Source of the DNA: Polyangiaceae bacterium
GTDB lineage: Bacteria > Myxococcota_A > Polyangia > Polyangiales > Polyangiaceae
DNA length: 64,000 nucleotides
Direction: 5' to 3'
Assembly: GCA_965222375.1 (NCBI GenBank)
Contig: CBDCTZ010000016.1
Coordinates: forward strand, 2,560,001-2,624,000
In this document: positions 45,758-55,535 of the stretch, in pieces
How positions within the stretch are numbered: the first letter of the stretch is position 1
Layout: each line of letters begins with the position of its first letter
Notes under the pieces: model-generated
Told to the model about the DNA's origin: nothing
What the model saw: the letters and a program-made list of their open reading frames with translations, nothing else
Databases searched by the model: none
Position numbers and translations under genes: made by a program

Positions 45758-47488
45758 CTAGACCGGCCGGGCGGCGGTTTGCGCCACTCGTTGACTCGTC
45801 TGTGGAGCGTTCCGCGCTTGCGCAGGGCTCGATTCGAGTTCCGCCATTAAGTCGCGACACTCCTGCTTGCCGCGCAGGCTGTCGATCAGAGTCTTCGACG
45901 CATCTTGGAAAGCCTTTTCGAACTTCAGGCCTTCTTTCGCGCGCTGCGCCACCTTCTCGCGACCCGCCTGAAGGTCTTCTTCCAAGGCCTCCGCGTAGCG
46001 CGAAAGCTGCGCGCGCAGTTCCTCGATTTGCCTACGCAGGTCCCGCGCCGTGGCTTCCCGCCCCGCTCGGCGTGCCTCCCGGGTTTGAAGCCATTGACGC
46101 TTCGCTTCCACCATTGCCACAGATGCGCCCGCCGCCTCGAAGATGGGCCGGGTGCCTTTGCCAGCACGATCCGCCTGGTCGGCCTGTGCCACCTTTTCCT
46201 TGGCGGTTTGCTGGGCAGAGCCGAGCTCTCGCCGTGCGATTTCTTCTTCTTCCGCGTAGGCGGCAGCATCCCGCAGGGCGCGAGACTCCTCCTGGGCTAG
46301 CTCTTCGACCTTTCGACCGATCTCCGCGCGGAGCGCCCGACCACGCCGCTCGAGGGCTTCGAGTTTACGCGTATGACTTGCGATTTCGCCCTCCAGGCTG
46401 TTCGCCTTGGCAGCAGCGTCCCACACGGCGCTCTGCGCCGAGAGCAGCTCCGCGGGCGAGTTTCCCGACGGGAAGGCTCGGGCCAACATGCGCGCGAACA
46501 TTCCGGCGCGCGCAGCCCACTCGGTTACGCTCGGCGAGCGAGGTGGGGGAGGGGGAGCCGGGGGGGCGGCTGGCGCTTCGTTTCCCTCCCGATCCCAGGA
46601 AACGCTGGGTAGAGAGCGTTGGAGGGCCTTGAGCTCTTCGAGCAGGTGGTGGCCATCGCGGTAGCGTTTGCGTCCGTCCTTCTCCAGCAGCTTCAGGACG
46701 ATCCGCTCGGCGACTGGATTGATGTCCTTGCGGATCGAGTTCGGGCGCGGCGCCGGTGCGGAACGCTGCATTTCCAACAATGTCTCTCGGTCGTTGGCTC
46801 GGAACGGCAGCTGACCGACCAGCATTTCGAAGAACAACACCCCCAAGGCGTAGAGATCCGACTGAGGGCCGGCCTGCTCTCCTCGGGCTTGCTCCGGTGA
46901 CATGTACTCCGGAGTACCGAATACCGCGCCCTTGGGTGCCAACCGAGGGTCATGCGCCAGCGCTGCCAGACCGAAGTCAAGGATCTTCACGTAGTCTTTG
47001 CGGCCACCACGTGCGGTGAGCAAGATGTTGTCGCTCTTGAGATCTCGGTGGACGACGCCCAAGTCGTGAGCACGAGAGAGAGCCGCACCCATTTGTTCCA
47101 ATATGTCCACCCCTCGATTGAGAGCGACGGGTCCGCGCGCAAGCTCAGACGATAGTGGCGTACCAATCAGGTACTCCATGACGAGGTACAGCTCACCTTC
47201 GTCGGTCTCACCGATGTCATAGATGTCGATGATGTGCGCGTGGTCGACGCGATTCGCGGCCCGGGCTTCTCGCAGCATCCAGGCGCGGAGATGGGTCTCA
47301 CCCCTCAGATCGGGCCGTATCAATTTGACGGCGACAACACGGTCGATCAGGACGTGGCGCGCACGGTAGACGATACCCATGCCGCCCTCACCGATGCGCG
47401 CTTCCAATCGGTAGCGGCCGGCGATGACCTTGCCCAGGGATGGGTCATCGGCCCCTCTTCGAGATTTTTGCGGCGCGGCGTGTGCCAT
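45758..47488 (-). CDS. Cytoplasmic Ser/Thr kinase with long C-terminal coiled coil
   Basis: GEGGMG, HRDLKSDN, DFG and SPE; heptad-rich C-half. Confidence 0.95.
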   Translation of the reverse strand: MAHAAPQKSRRGADDPSLGKVIAGRYRLEARIGEGGMGIVYRARHVLIDRVVAVKLIRPDLRGETHLRAWMLREARAANRVDHAHIIDIYDIGETDEGELYLVMEYLIGTPLSSELARGPVALNRGVDILEQMGAALSRAHDLGVVHRDLKSDNILLTARGGRKDYVKILDFGLAALAHDPRLAPKGAVFGTPEYMSPEQARGEQAGPQSDLYALGVLFFEMLVGQLPFRANDRETLLEMQRSAPAPRPNSIRKDINPVAERIVLKLLEKDGRKRYRDGHHLLEELKALQRSLPSVSWDREGNEAPAAPPAPPPPPRSPSVTEWAARAGMFARMLARAFPSGNSPAELLSAQSAVWDAAAKANSLEGEIASHTRKLEALERRGRALRAEIGRKVEELAQEESRALRDAAAYAEEEEIARRELGSAQQTAKEKVAQADQADRAGKGTRPIFEAAGASVAMVEAKRQWLQTREARRAGREATARDLRRQIEELRAQLSRYAEALEEDLQAGREKVAQRAKEGLKFEKAFQDASKTLIDSLRGKQECRDLMAELESSPAQARNAPQTSQRVAQTAARPV

Positions 47489-47599
47489 GGACAGCTCAGA
47501 AAGAATTCGGCGTGGTTCGAACCGCTGATGTTACGTGATCGCGGGGGCCATCACAAAGCCTCAGCGCTACTATTTCAGCCTGTTTGACGCCGCGCCGGC

Positions 47600-48256
47600 T
47601 CAAAACACGTAACTCAGGACGGGGACCCGGACTTCGGCTTTTTGGGTGACGCCGTAGCGGAACATGTCCTCCCGGGTATACAAATCCCGCACTTCCACCG
47701 CAGGTATGCTCAAGGTGAGCGCATCCTCGTGGATGCCTACGATCGACGGAGGAGCCACGGGCATGTGGGGCGTCGTTGCTTCAGGGGCAACGCGTCGACG
47801 CCTGCTGGTTGGAGCGGGCGCGGCGGGAGGCGAACCTGCTTCAGGCTGAGCCGGCTCAGCCACAGGCTCATCTATGGGTCCGCGGTCTTCCGTGTAGTCT
47901 GCGGGCGGCTCGTAGCGCGTGGCGCTCAGCACCGCGACGGTCGTCGGAATGGCTAGCGCCATGCCTCCAGTCAGGAGGTACATCGACAGCTTGGCGCTTC
48001 CATTCTGCTCGGCGAAGTAGCCGCCGACACCGCCGGCTACGCCGCCCGCTACGCCGCCTACGGCGTATGCCCACCAGGGCTTTACCTTGAACGCAGCCTC
48101 CATGAGCATGACCACTTCTCCGCCCAGCAGCGCGCCTCCCACGATACCTTTCCCAGTCGTGGGAACCTCGGACACATTTTCACCTGCTTGGGCCACCCGT
48201 GGGGAAGCCATAAGCGCAACGGCGGTCGCTGCCGCACCCAGCATGAGCTTTCGCAT
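47600..48256 (-). CDS. Exported Gly-zipper protein with C-terminal beta-strands ending in Phe
   Basis: GGAGG RBS; signal peptide …AQA; GGVAGGVAGGVGG; …VPVLSYVF. Confidence 0.8.
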   Translation of the reverse strand: MRKLMLGAAATAVALMASPRVAQAGENVSEVPTTGKGIVGGALLGGEVVMLMEAAFKVKPWWAYAVGGVAGGVAGGVGGYFAEQNGSAKLSMYLLTGGMALAIPTTVAVLSATRYEPPADYTEDRGPIDEPVAEPAQPEAGSPPAAPAPTSRRRRVAPEATTPHMPVAPPSIVGIHEDALTLSIPAVEVRDLYTREDMFRYGVTQKAEVRVPVLSYVF

Positions 48257-48384
48257 TTTTCCTCCGTGAGTCTTCACTCCCGACTTGGTTGTCCGGGGGG
48301 CGAAGAACGTTCGGCAGCATAACACTCGCGCCGCCAGGTAAAAGCCTTTCGCCGGCCGAGCAGAGTTCGAGGATGCCGCAGCTG

Positions 48385-48413
48385 TAACAGTTTGAAATAA
48401 TTGTGTTTTATTT
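48385..48413. promoter_or_regulatory. AT-rich patch with IHF-like site in a divergent intergenic region
   Basis: - strand TTTCAA-ACTG-TTA (one mismatch to WATCAA-N4-TTR) with upstream A-tract. Confidence 0.45.
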
Positions 48414-48448
48414 GGAGCGCCAGTCCTCGGGGTAGATTCCAGAGTGGC

Positions 48449-49405
48449 ATGGGTGGCTTGGTTCGCCGCGGCTTTTTCTTGGCGCTGGCCGCCAGCGGCG
48501 TGGTGTTGCTGCTGGGCGTGCTGGCAGCCTCTGTCCGACTGCTGCCCTGGTGGCTGTCCCGTGACATTCCGCTGAGCGTCAGCATGCCTTTCGCCCTGGC
48601 TCTCCTCGCTGCAGCCATGGAAGCTGCGCTGTTGGTCGGGGCTCCTCTCGGACTTGCCCTGACCGTGGGAATGGCAGTCGAAAGCGGAGAGGTTCGCGCG
48701 CTGGAGGCCTTGGGGGCCTCCCCGCGGCAGATTGCGCGGTCTCTCTGGCCCGTGCCGGCTACCCTGGGATTGCTCGCTTTCGGGCTGGACATGGCCTGGG
48801 ACGCACGCAGCGCGCCGCCCGGGGTTTTCGCCCAGAAACTGGTCGAAGAGGCAAAAACGAGTTGCTACAACACGGCCGAAACGCGCGCGATTTCGGTTCC
48901 GCTGGTGAACGTGACTTGGATGTGTTTCCAAGGGCAAGCGCCGAGAGTGGTGGCGCCCCTGCCCGGGGGCGGAGACGCCTGGGTCGTAGCGCAGAGCGTC
49001 GTGTTCAGCGCCGATCTGAGAAGCATCGCGCTCGCAAAAATGCGCATCCTGAGCCGCCCGGCGAAGGGACGACCGACGCTTCAGGTCTCCGTGGAGAGCG
49101 GGTCGATTCGTGGGCTTCCGGGCTGGGGACGTGGGACACGCCTGTCCGGGTCCCAGCGCGGGATCGTCGCCGCCCTCTTGCTCTTTGGGGTCAGCATCGC
49201 CGGGGCGTGGAGCGTGCTTCGCGGCAAGCTCCACTCCTTGATCGGCGTGGTGCCGGTGGGGTTGTTGCCTCCTGCGCTCGGCCTCGCCGTGATGTCTCGC
49301 CTGGATGCCAGCGACCTTCCCCTGAGCCTGTTCGCGGTGGTCCCTGCAGTCTGCGCCCTACTGCCAGTCGCCCTGCTCTGGCCGGCAGGGCGGCTCCGGC
49401 GCTGA
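48449..49405 (+). CDS. LptF/LptG-like permease
   Basis: Three TM, then SGEVRALEALGASP motif, periplasmic beta region and three TM. Confidence 0.7.
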   Translation: MGGLVRRGFFLALAASGVVLLLGVLAASVRLLPWWLSRDIPLSVSMPFALALLAAAMEAALLVGAPLGLALTVGMAVESGEVRALEALGASPRQIARSLWPVPATLGLLAFGLDMAWDARSAPPGVFAQKLVEEAKTSCYNTAETRAISVPLVNVTWMCFQGQAPRVVAPLPGGGDAWVVAQSVVFSADLRSIALAKMRILSRPAKGRPTLQVSVESGSIRGLPGWGRGTRLSGSQRGIVAALLLFGVSIAGAWSVLRGKLHSLIGVVPVGLLPPALGLAVMSRLDASDLPLSLFAVVPAVCALLPVALLWPAGRLRR

Positions 49406-49536
49406 ATCCGCATTCGCGACGCGCTGGTCATACTCGGGCGGGGCAGTCGCGATGGGGCGACCGGCCCCCGTCGTGCAAAACCGGCGCTGCTGTGTTACGC
49501 AACGCCGGTCGCGGATGCGACTTTTGGAGGCGCCCA

Positions 49537-49791
49537 ATGGCCGTCGGTCCCTGGCAAATCGTCATCGTCGCATTGATCATTCTGCTTCTCTTCGGGGCGG
49601 GTCGCCTCTCGGAGATCGGTAAGGGTTTGGGTGAAGGGATTCGGAACTTCAAGAAGGGAATCTCCGAAGACGAGAAAGACGAAATCGCCGACAAGGATCC
49701 CAAGAAACTGAAGGGCGATCCGAAGAAGAAGGCCAAGAAGGCCACGGACGCCGAGTTCGAGGACGAGGACGACGACGAGGAGAAAGCCTGA
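49537..49791 (+). CDS. tatA: Twin-arginine translocase TatA/E
   Basis: GGAGG RBS; LLLFGAGRLSEIGKGLGEGIRNFKKG. Confidence 0.95.
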   Translation: MAVGPWQIVIVALIILLLFGAGRLSEIGKGLGEGIRNFKKGISEDEKDEIADKDPKKLKGDPKKKAKKATDAEFEDEDDDEEKA

Positions 49792-50991
49792 GTGGCTGCT
49801 GCCCTAGCGTCTCGGCTCGACTCCATCCAGCCCAGCGCCACGCTGGCCATGACGGCCAAGGCGGCCGAGCTCAAGGCGCAGGGTCGAAAGGTCTATACTT
49901 TCGGCGTCGGCGAGCCCGACTTCCGCACTCCTGCCCACATCCGCGAAGCAGCGGCGCACGCTCTGACTCAGTCGTCACACTATACGGCGGTCACGGGTAC
50001 CGCCCAGCTCAAAGAGGCTATCTGTGCGGCCACGGAGCGCGACCGGGGTTGGGCACCTTCACCCGACGTCGTGACGGTATGCGTGGGCGCAAAGCATGCC
50101 TTGTTCAACCTGGCCATGGTGCTCTGCGATCCCGGAGATGAAGTGATCATCCCCGCACCGTATTGGGTCAGCTATCCAGCCCAGTGGAGCTTGTTCGGTG
50201 GCGTACCGAAAATCGTGCCGACCCGGACCGAGGACGGATGGCGCCTTTCCCCAGATGCCCTCGAGGCAGCGGTCACCCCCAAGACGAAAGCGCTGATTCT
50301 GTGTACTCCGTCCAATCCGACCGGCGGCGCCTATGCCGAAGAGGACCTAGCGGCCTTGGCCGACGTGCTGCGACGCCACGACATCTACGTGATCGTAGAC
50401 GAAATCTACGGCGAGCTCGTTTACGACGGCTTCACTCACGTTTCCCTGTCCAAGATAGCGCCTGACCTGCGGGATCGAATCGTCGCCATAGACGGAGTGA
50501 GCAAGACCTACGCGATGACCGGGTGGCGGATTGGCTGGGCCATCGCGCCGCCGCACATCGCCAAGGCCATCAACAAGGTGCAGGGCCAGTCCACCACGAA
50601 CCCAACGGCGGCGGCCCAAGTCGCCGCCATCGCCGCGCTCACCGGACCCCGTGACGAAATCCACCGGATGCGGGACGCTTTTTCGAGTCGGCGCAAGAAG
50701 ATGGTCGACGGACTCAACGCCATTTCGGGCATTCGCTGTGCGCTGCCGAAAGGAGCCTTCTACGCCTTTCCCGACGTGACCGGCCTGTACGGGATCCGCT
50801 GGGGGGACAAGACCCTGAACAGCGATCTAGATGTTGCGCTATGGCAGCTCGAAGTCTGCGGAATCGCCGCCGTGGCTGGCACACCCTTCGGTGCGCCGGG
50901 GCACATCCGCTACACCTACGCTTGTGGCGAAGACGTGATCGATGAGGCACTCAGTGCGCTGGCGGCTGCGGTCTCGGACGCAAAACGCTGA
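49792..50991 (+). CDS. Class I/II PLP aminotransferase (aspartate aminotransferase-like)
   Basis: GEPDF, PSNPTG, DEIY and SKTYAMTGWRIG. Confidence 0.93.
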   Translation: MAAALASRLDSIQPSATLAMTAKAAELKAQGRKVYTFGVGEPDFRTPAHIREAAAHALTQSSHYTAVTGTAQLKEAICAATERDRGWAPSPDVVTVCVGAKHALFNLAMVLCDPGDEVIIPAPYWVSYPAQWSLFGGVPKIVPTRTEDGWRLSPDALEAAVTPKTKALILCTPSNPTGGAYAEEDLAALADVLRRHDIYVIVDEIYGELVYDGFTHVSLSKIAPDLRDRIVAIDGVSKTYAMTGWRIGWAIAPPHIAKAINKVQGQSTTNPTAAAQVAAIAALTGPRDEIHRMRDAFSSRRKKMVDGLNAISGIRCALPKGAFYAFPDVTGLYGIRWGDKTLNSDLDVALWQLEVCGIAAVAGTPFGAPGHIRYTYACGEDVIDEALSALAAAVSDAKR

Positions 50992-51161
50992 CCCGCGGTC
51001 CAACTGAAAACAGGCGTCACGCACGGGCAGTCATGCAGAAATTTCGCAAAAACCCCGAACCCCTCAGGAGCGCCCCTGGCTTATCCTCTGGGATTGAACT
51101 ATAGGCGACGTCAGCCGTTTTCGGAGCGCTGCTTGCCAGCCCCGAAAGGGAAATCGTCGGC

Positions 51162-52055
51162 ATGACCATCAGTGTGGAAACCGCGAGCGTCGGTCGGGAC
51201 ACTCAGAGTGTCGCGAAGGCATTGCTTGAGCTCACGAAGCCCGGCGTGACGCGGATGGTGCTGGTTACCAGCGCCGCGGGGGCCCTGGTGGCACCCCAGA
51301 GTCTGCCTTTGGGGCGTTTCGTCCTATGTCTCATCGGGACTGCCATCGTAGTGGGTGCGGCCAATGCGCTCAACATGATGCTGGAACGCGATGTCGACGC
51401 GCTGATGGAGCGCACGCGTAGCCGGCCTTTGCCATCGGGTCGCCTGTCTCCGCAAGAGGCGACGATTTTTGGTGTGCTACTTGCCGTATTCGGGCTCACG
51501 TTTCTCAGCTTTCTGGTGGCCCCCATCACCGGTCTTCTGGCGGCCATTGCCCTGGTTTCCTACGTGTTCGTGTACACACCTCTCAAACGTGTCACGCCCA
51601 TGGCGCTGCACGTTGGTGCGATCCCTGGGGCTGTTCCGCCGCTTCTGGGCTGGACGAGCGTGACAGGGAGTCTGGACGTGCAAGCCCTTTCTCTGTTCCT
51701 GCTCCTGTTCGTCTGGCAGTTGCCGCACTTCCTCGCCATCACGCTGTTCCGGCACGAAGAGTATCGGCGGGCGGGGCTTCGAGTCTACGCCGCGGAACTA
51801 GGCGAGGTTCGCACCCGCCGCGCCATCGTCGCCTACTCCGTACTGATGGTCGCAGTGAGCTTGCTGCCGGCGTACCTCGGGCTCGGCTCGATGGTGTACC
51901 TGGCGGTTGCCCTGGTCGTTGGTATCCCGTTTGTTCTCTTCGCGTTGGTGGGGCTCACGCGCCGCGCCAGCTTGCGCTGGGCCAGGGCGCTCTTCTTTGC
52001 ATCACTGCCGTACCTCGTGGTGGTGTACGGCGCGCTGGTCGTAACCGCACTGTAG
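51162..52055 (+). CDS. ctaB: Protoheme IX farnesyltransferase (heme o synthase)
   Basis: LTKPG, ERDVDALMERTRSRPLPSGR, YTPLKR and WQLPHF. Confidence 0.95.
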   Translation: MTISVETASVGRDTQSVAKALLELTKPGVTRMVLVTSAAGALVAPQSLPLGRFVLCLIGTAIVVGAANALNMMLERDVDALMERTRSRPLPSGRLSPQEATIFGVLLAVFGLTFLSFLVAPITGLLAAIALVSYVFVYTPLKRVTPMALHVGAIPGAVPPLLGWTSVTGSLDVQALSLFLLLFVWQLPHFLAITLFRHEEYRRAGLRVYAAELGEVRTRRAIVAYSVLMVAVSLLPAYLGLGSMVYLAVALVVGIPFVLFALVGLTRRASLRWARALFFASLPYLVVVYGALVVTAL

Positions 52056-52084
52056 ACTCCGCCTGCGGTGGGCTTGTCGATTCA

Positions 52085-52177
52085 ATGCTCGGCTTCCGAA
52101 GCAATTGGTGGAGGTGGCTCCTGTTCGCGCTGGTTTGTTTCGCCATCCCCGCGCTGGCCTATTGGTCCGGTCGCTGA
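52085..52177 (+). CDS. Putative 30-aa single-pass membrane peptide
   Basis: MLGFRSNWWRWLLFALVCFAIPALAYWSGR; fills the gap after ctaB; no clear RBS. Confidence 0.45.
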   Translation: MLGFRSNWWRWLLFALVCFAIPALAYWSGR

Positions 52178-52180
52178 ACC

Positions 52181-52621
52181 CTAGCGTTTCTTGCGGAACC
52201 CGCTTCCCATGCGCGGGTCAGCACGGGGGGAGACCAAGGCTTGTCCGTTCGACACCAACACCGCCTGCCGCGATTCCTCCACGGCGATCTCCATCGTACG
52301 GGACAGAGCATGCAAGCCTTCGGCCTTACTCACGAACGTGCCCAGCTCGGACGCTGCCAGGCAAACCTCCGTGTTCGTCGACGCGCTGAAGAAGAGGATG
52401 CACGAGGCCTTCGTGTCGACGAATTCTCGAGCGAGCTCGAGCCCGCTCTCACTTGCCAAGTCTATGTCGAGTACGATGCAATCGAACGGGCCGGTGAGCT
52501 TGCGCGCCTCGGCGGCGTTCGAGGCTGTCTCCACGCTGTGCCCGCGCTGAGTCAAATATCGATGCGCAGCCCGTACCACGGTCCTGTCGTCGTCTACGAG
52601 CAGGCAGCGAAATTGCATCAC
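52181..52621 (-). CDS. Single-domain response regulator
   Basis: LLVDDD, IVLDIDL, FFSA and VSK. Confidence 0.88.
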   Translation of the reverse strand: MMQFRCLLVDDDRTVVRAAHRYLTQRGHSVETASNAAEARKLTGPFDCIVLDIDLASESGLELAREFVDTKASCILFFSASTNTEVCLAASELGTFVSKAEGLHALSRTMEIAVEESRQAVLVSNGQALVSPRADPRMGSGFRKKR

Positions 52622-52671
52622 AATAGAGTTGCAATAGTAGCAGCAAACGGCTCACGCGTCGCTTTGGCAGG

Positions 52672-53742
52672 TCAGTCCTTGGCTTCTGCCTCGAAATCGC
52701 GCTTGGTGGTCATGGCAGGCTTTGCAATGCCCTGGGCGGCACACAAGGGTGCGACCAAGGATGCGATCCCTAGCGCCAGCGCGAGTAGTGGAATGTCGGT
52801 TCCTGCTCTCGGCAGCAACGCTAGGCAAAGCGCCGCACGTCCCAGGGCAGAACGACCGCCGCCCAGAAGGGCGGCGCCGCTACCGAGCAGCAGTGTCGTG
52901 TTGCCCATTTGCTGCAAGGCTGTTGGCAGCAGTGGGTGCGGGTGCCGTGACAACTCGAACACCAGTCGGCTGACTAGGACCAGTACGGAGTCCCCAGATG
53001 AGCTCTGACCGAATTGGGCGGCCAGTGCTCCTAACACGCCCAGCACGACGGGAGCGCCCAACACCATAGCCAAGCTCGGGCGTCGCCTTTGACTGACCCA
53101 GACCGCGCCAACCACGAGCGCGATGATGCCCAAGGCGTAGGTCGCAGTTGCTAGCGCACGGGACACGGCGAACATGCTGGTCAGGGCTTCGGTGCTGGCC
53201 CGCAGCGCAAGTAGCCGGGACATCGTGGCGAAGCCCGCGCCTAGGCCCACTAGGCCGAGGGCAAGGCCAAGCCCCCGAGTCTGGGTGGAGCGAGAGGTGG
53301 TCCACGCGGCGCCCAGCGCCAGGAATCCCACCATCAGAGACAGCCCCAAGCTCAACAAAGCTGCCAGGTGCTGGGTGGAGGCCGCGATTGCGGTTGTCAG
53401 AACGGCAGCAGCGAGGGGCGCTGCGCCGATCCGAAACCCGATCCCGAGACGGTGCTCTCGCAGAACCTCGATCAGCATCCAGAACGCGAAGGAACAGCCC
53501 GCCACCAACGCTAATTGACTGAGCAGCGCCGCGGTCGTCTCGAGCCGTGCGATCCAGTGGCCAATGCCAGACTTCCAGCCCGGCAAGGCGGGTGCGATGA
53601 CTTGGGCGACGCAGGTGGCGAGCCAGAACACCACCGCGACGCCGGTGGCGGCGGTGGCGCGCGCCTGGCTTGCCCGGGGCTGATTGCCGCGGTCCTGCTT
53701 TACCTCGAGCGCGCGGCGCTTCCCCGTGTCCACTGAGTCCAA
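52672..53742 (-). CDS. Hypothetical polytopic membrane protein
   Basis: Many hydrophobic segments; downstream of the TonB-C gene. Confidence 0.75.
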   Translation of the reverse strand: MDSVDTGKRRALEVKQDRGNQPRASQARATAATGVAVVFWLATCVAQVIAPALPGWKSGIGHWIARLETTAALLSQLALVAGCSFAFWMLIEVLREHRLGIGFRIGAAPLAAAVLTTAIAASTQHLAALLSLGLSLMVGFLALGAAWTTSRSTQTRGLGLALGLVGLGAGFATMSRLLALRASTEALTSMFAVSRALATATYALGIIALVVGAVWVSQRRRPSLAMVLGAPVVLGVLGALAAQFGQSSSGDSVLVLVSRLVFELSRHPHPLLPTALQQMGNTTLLLGSGAALLGGGRSALGRAALCLALLPRAGTDIPLLALALGIASLVAPLCAAQGIAKPAMTTKRDFEAEAKD

Positions 53743-53754
53743 GGACCCAGGGGT

Positions 53755-55413
53755 TTACCTCAGCGAGGCACGCTTTTCCAGAATGGGAGCGACGGGAGCC
53801 CGACGGCCGTGCCTTTGCTCGTCCTTTCGCTTCGGCGCGTCAGGCGGTGCGACTTCCGGTGGGGCCGACTTTGGCTGCACTTTCAGAATGTATGGACGCG
53901 CGAAGTACGTCGAGCACGCGTAGTAGGGGTTGCGATGGAACTCCCAGTGAAAGTACACATTCCCGTCTGGCGAAATGATCTCTTTGGGCGGGGCTCCGTA
54001 GGGGGAAGCTCGCTGCACGCTCTCGAGGGCGGCGATGTCGAACGCAGTTACACCACTGGTTCGAGTGATCCCCATCCGCACCACCCGGCCATCTTGTTGG
54101 CTCAGCACTATTTCGAGGTGGGTCTTGATGGACGGCCGGTTCATCGGGTGAGTGCCGGCCAGGCTGTCCAAGGAACCCAGGAAGGAGTCAGCGAAGATGG
54201 GGTGGAGACGATTGTGTATCGCGTTCAAGTAGCTGGCGAAGGGCACCCGCGCCGTGTTCAGCGCCGTTTGGTTGCCGGGCCGCACGCTGGGCACGTAGTT
54301 CTCGATCGCGGAACGCCACTTCTCGATCCCCAAGGACTTCCAGGAGCCTCGGTGGGCGCTCTTGCGTCGTTCGGAATCCAGCTTCTTCTCGAGCGCTAGG
54401 CGGTCGCGGCCAATTGCCGCAAAAGCCTGCTTGTGGGTCAGTCCCAGGTTGACGCCTCCGTGCGTGAGCGCCTTGGAGCCCAGGCCGAGCGCTGAAGCGT
54501 TGGGATCGTGTTTTGGCGGCGGCAGCCGCTTCTTGCGCCGCTTGCGCCGCTTCTGTTCTGCTTGCGCCTTTCTGGCGCTGCTCGTCGCGTGCCGCCCGTG
54601 TTTGGACGTGACGGATTCCGGCGCCGCTTCCTGCATGCGCTTCGCCTGTTGGCCCTTCACGCTCTTCTGGGCGGGCCTGGCGGCGGCGGCTGCTGCTGGC
54701 GCCGCCGCACGTTTTGGCGCTTGCGCGGCTTGGGCCGGCTTTGACTCGGTTGGTGGCACCGGGGGCAGTGGATCGGGTGCTTGGTCTGGGTTCCCTTCCC
54801 GGTCCTCGGATTGGGCGACCTTGGTATCTTCGGCGTTGCCTGGCGCGGGTGACGGGCCCGAGTGCTGGCCGCCCGGGGTCGGGTTCGGGTCGTTCTGGTC
54901 GGTGCTCGTAATCCGCGCCTGGGTCTGCTCCTTCACCCGATTGGCCTCATCCGCGATGAATTCGGCGTCGGGGTTGTCTTCCTGTTTCTTGTCCTTGACG
55001 TGCTGCCGGACAGCGATTCGGCTCTTGGGATCCAGAGTCAGCTTCTGCGCCGGATCTTTGGACTTGTCCTTCTTTTCGACCTTGATCGGAACCTTCTTCT
55101 CCTCAGGCTTCGGCTGAGGTTTGGGTTTAGTGGCTAGCGGCTTTGGCTTGTCGGGCTCGACGTCCGCGTCCTCTTCTTCAGGCTCCTCCGGGGGCTCTTC
55201 CTTTTGGGCCTCCTTCTCCGGAGCCGCCTCCTCCTCGAAAAGGGCGACCTCAACTTCGCCGCCGGAGCCCTCGACGTGGCGCGAGACGGTTTGCGCGAAT
55301 CGCGACAAACCCAACACCCGGGTCAAGAATGTCGCGCTTACCCCCATCGCGAAGTGCACGTGCAGGGCCGCAGCGACCCAGAGCGCAAGCGGGATTTTGG
55401 AGTCGCGGACCAT
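53755..55413 (-). CDS. TonB C-terminal-domain protein
   Basis: N-terminal TM with His, E/K/P-rich linker, TSGVTAFDIAALESVQRASPYGAPP. Confidence 0.85.
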   Translation of the reverse strand: MVRDSKIPLALWVAAALHVHFAMGVSATFLTRVLGLSRFAQTVSRHVEGSGGEVEVALFEEEAAPEKEAQKEEPPEEPEEEDADVEPDKPKPLATKPKPQPKPEEKKVPIKVEKKDKSKDPAQKLTLDPKSRIAVRQHVKDKKQEDNPDAEFIADEANRVKEQTQARITSTDQNDPNPTPGGQHSGPSPAPGNAEDTKVAQSEDREGNPDQAPDPLPPVPPTESKPAQAAQAPKRAAAPAAAAAARPAQKSVKGQQAKRMQEAAPESVTSKHGRHATSSARKAQAEQKRRKRRKKRLPPPKHDPNASALGLGSKALTHGGVNLGLTHKQAFAAIGRDRLALEKKLDSERRKSAHRGSWKSLGIEKWRSAIENYVPSVRPGNQTALNTARVPFASYLNAIHNRLHPIFADSFLGSLDSLAGTHPMNRPSIKTHLEIVLSQQDGRVVRMGITRTSGVTAFDIAALESVQRASPYGAPPKEIISPDGNVYFHWEFHRNPYYACSTYFARPYILKVQPKSAPPEVAPPDAPKRKDEQRHGRRAPVAPILEKRASLR

Positions 55414-55535
55414 GGTTCAGGAGGATGCGTGCAGGCGCGCCCGAGACAGAAAAACTAACATTCGACCTTGATGCCAGCAATCTAGCGACGTTTTTCGCCG
55501 CGCCAACTGGCGAAACCTCAGTTCTTTCGGGTCCT

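Noticed and set aside
48257..49234. Long N-terminal extensions in the ORF track (47600-49234; also actB, SCO, pheS, rpmI, tatA)
   Set aside because: They overlap other genes; internal starts with RBS, signal peptide or homology fit better
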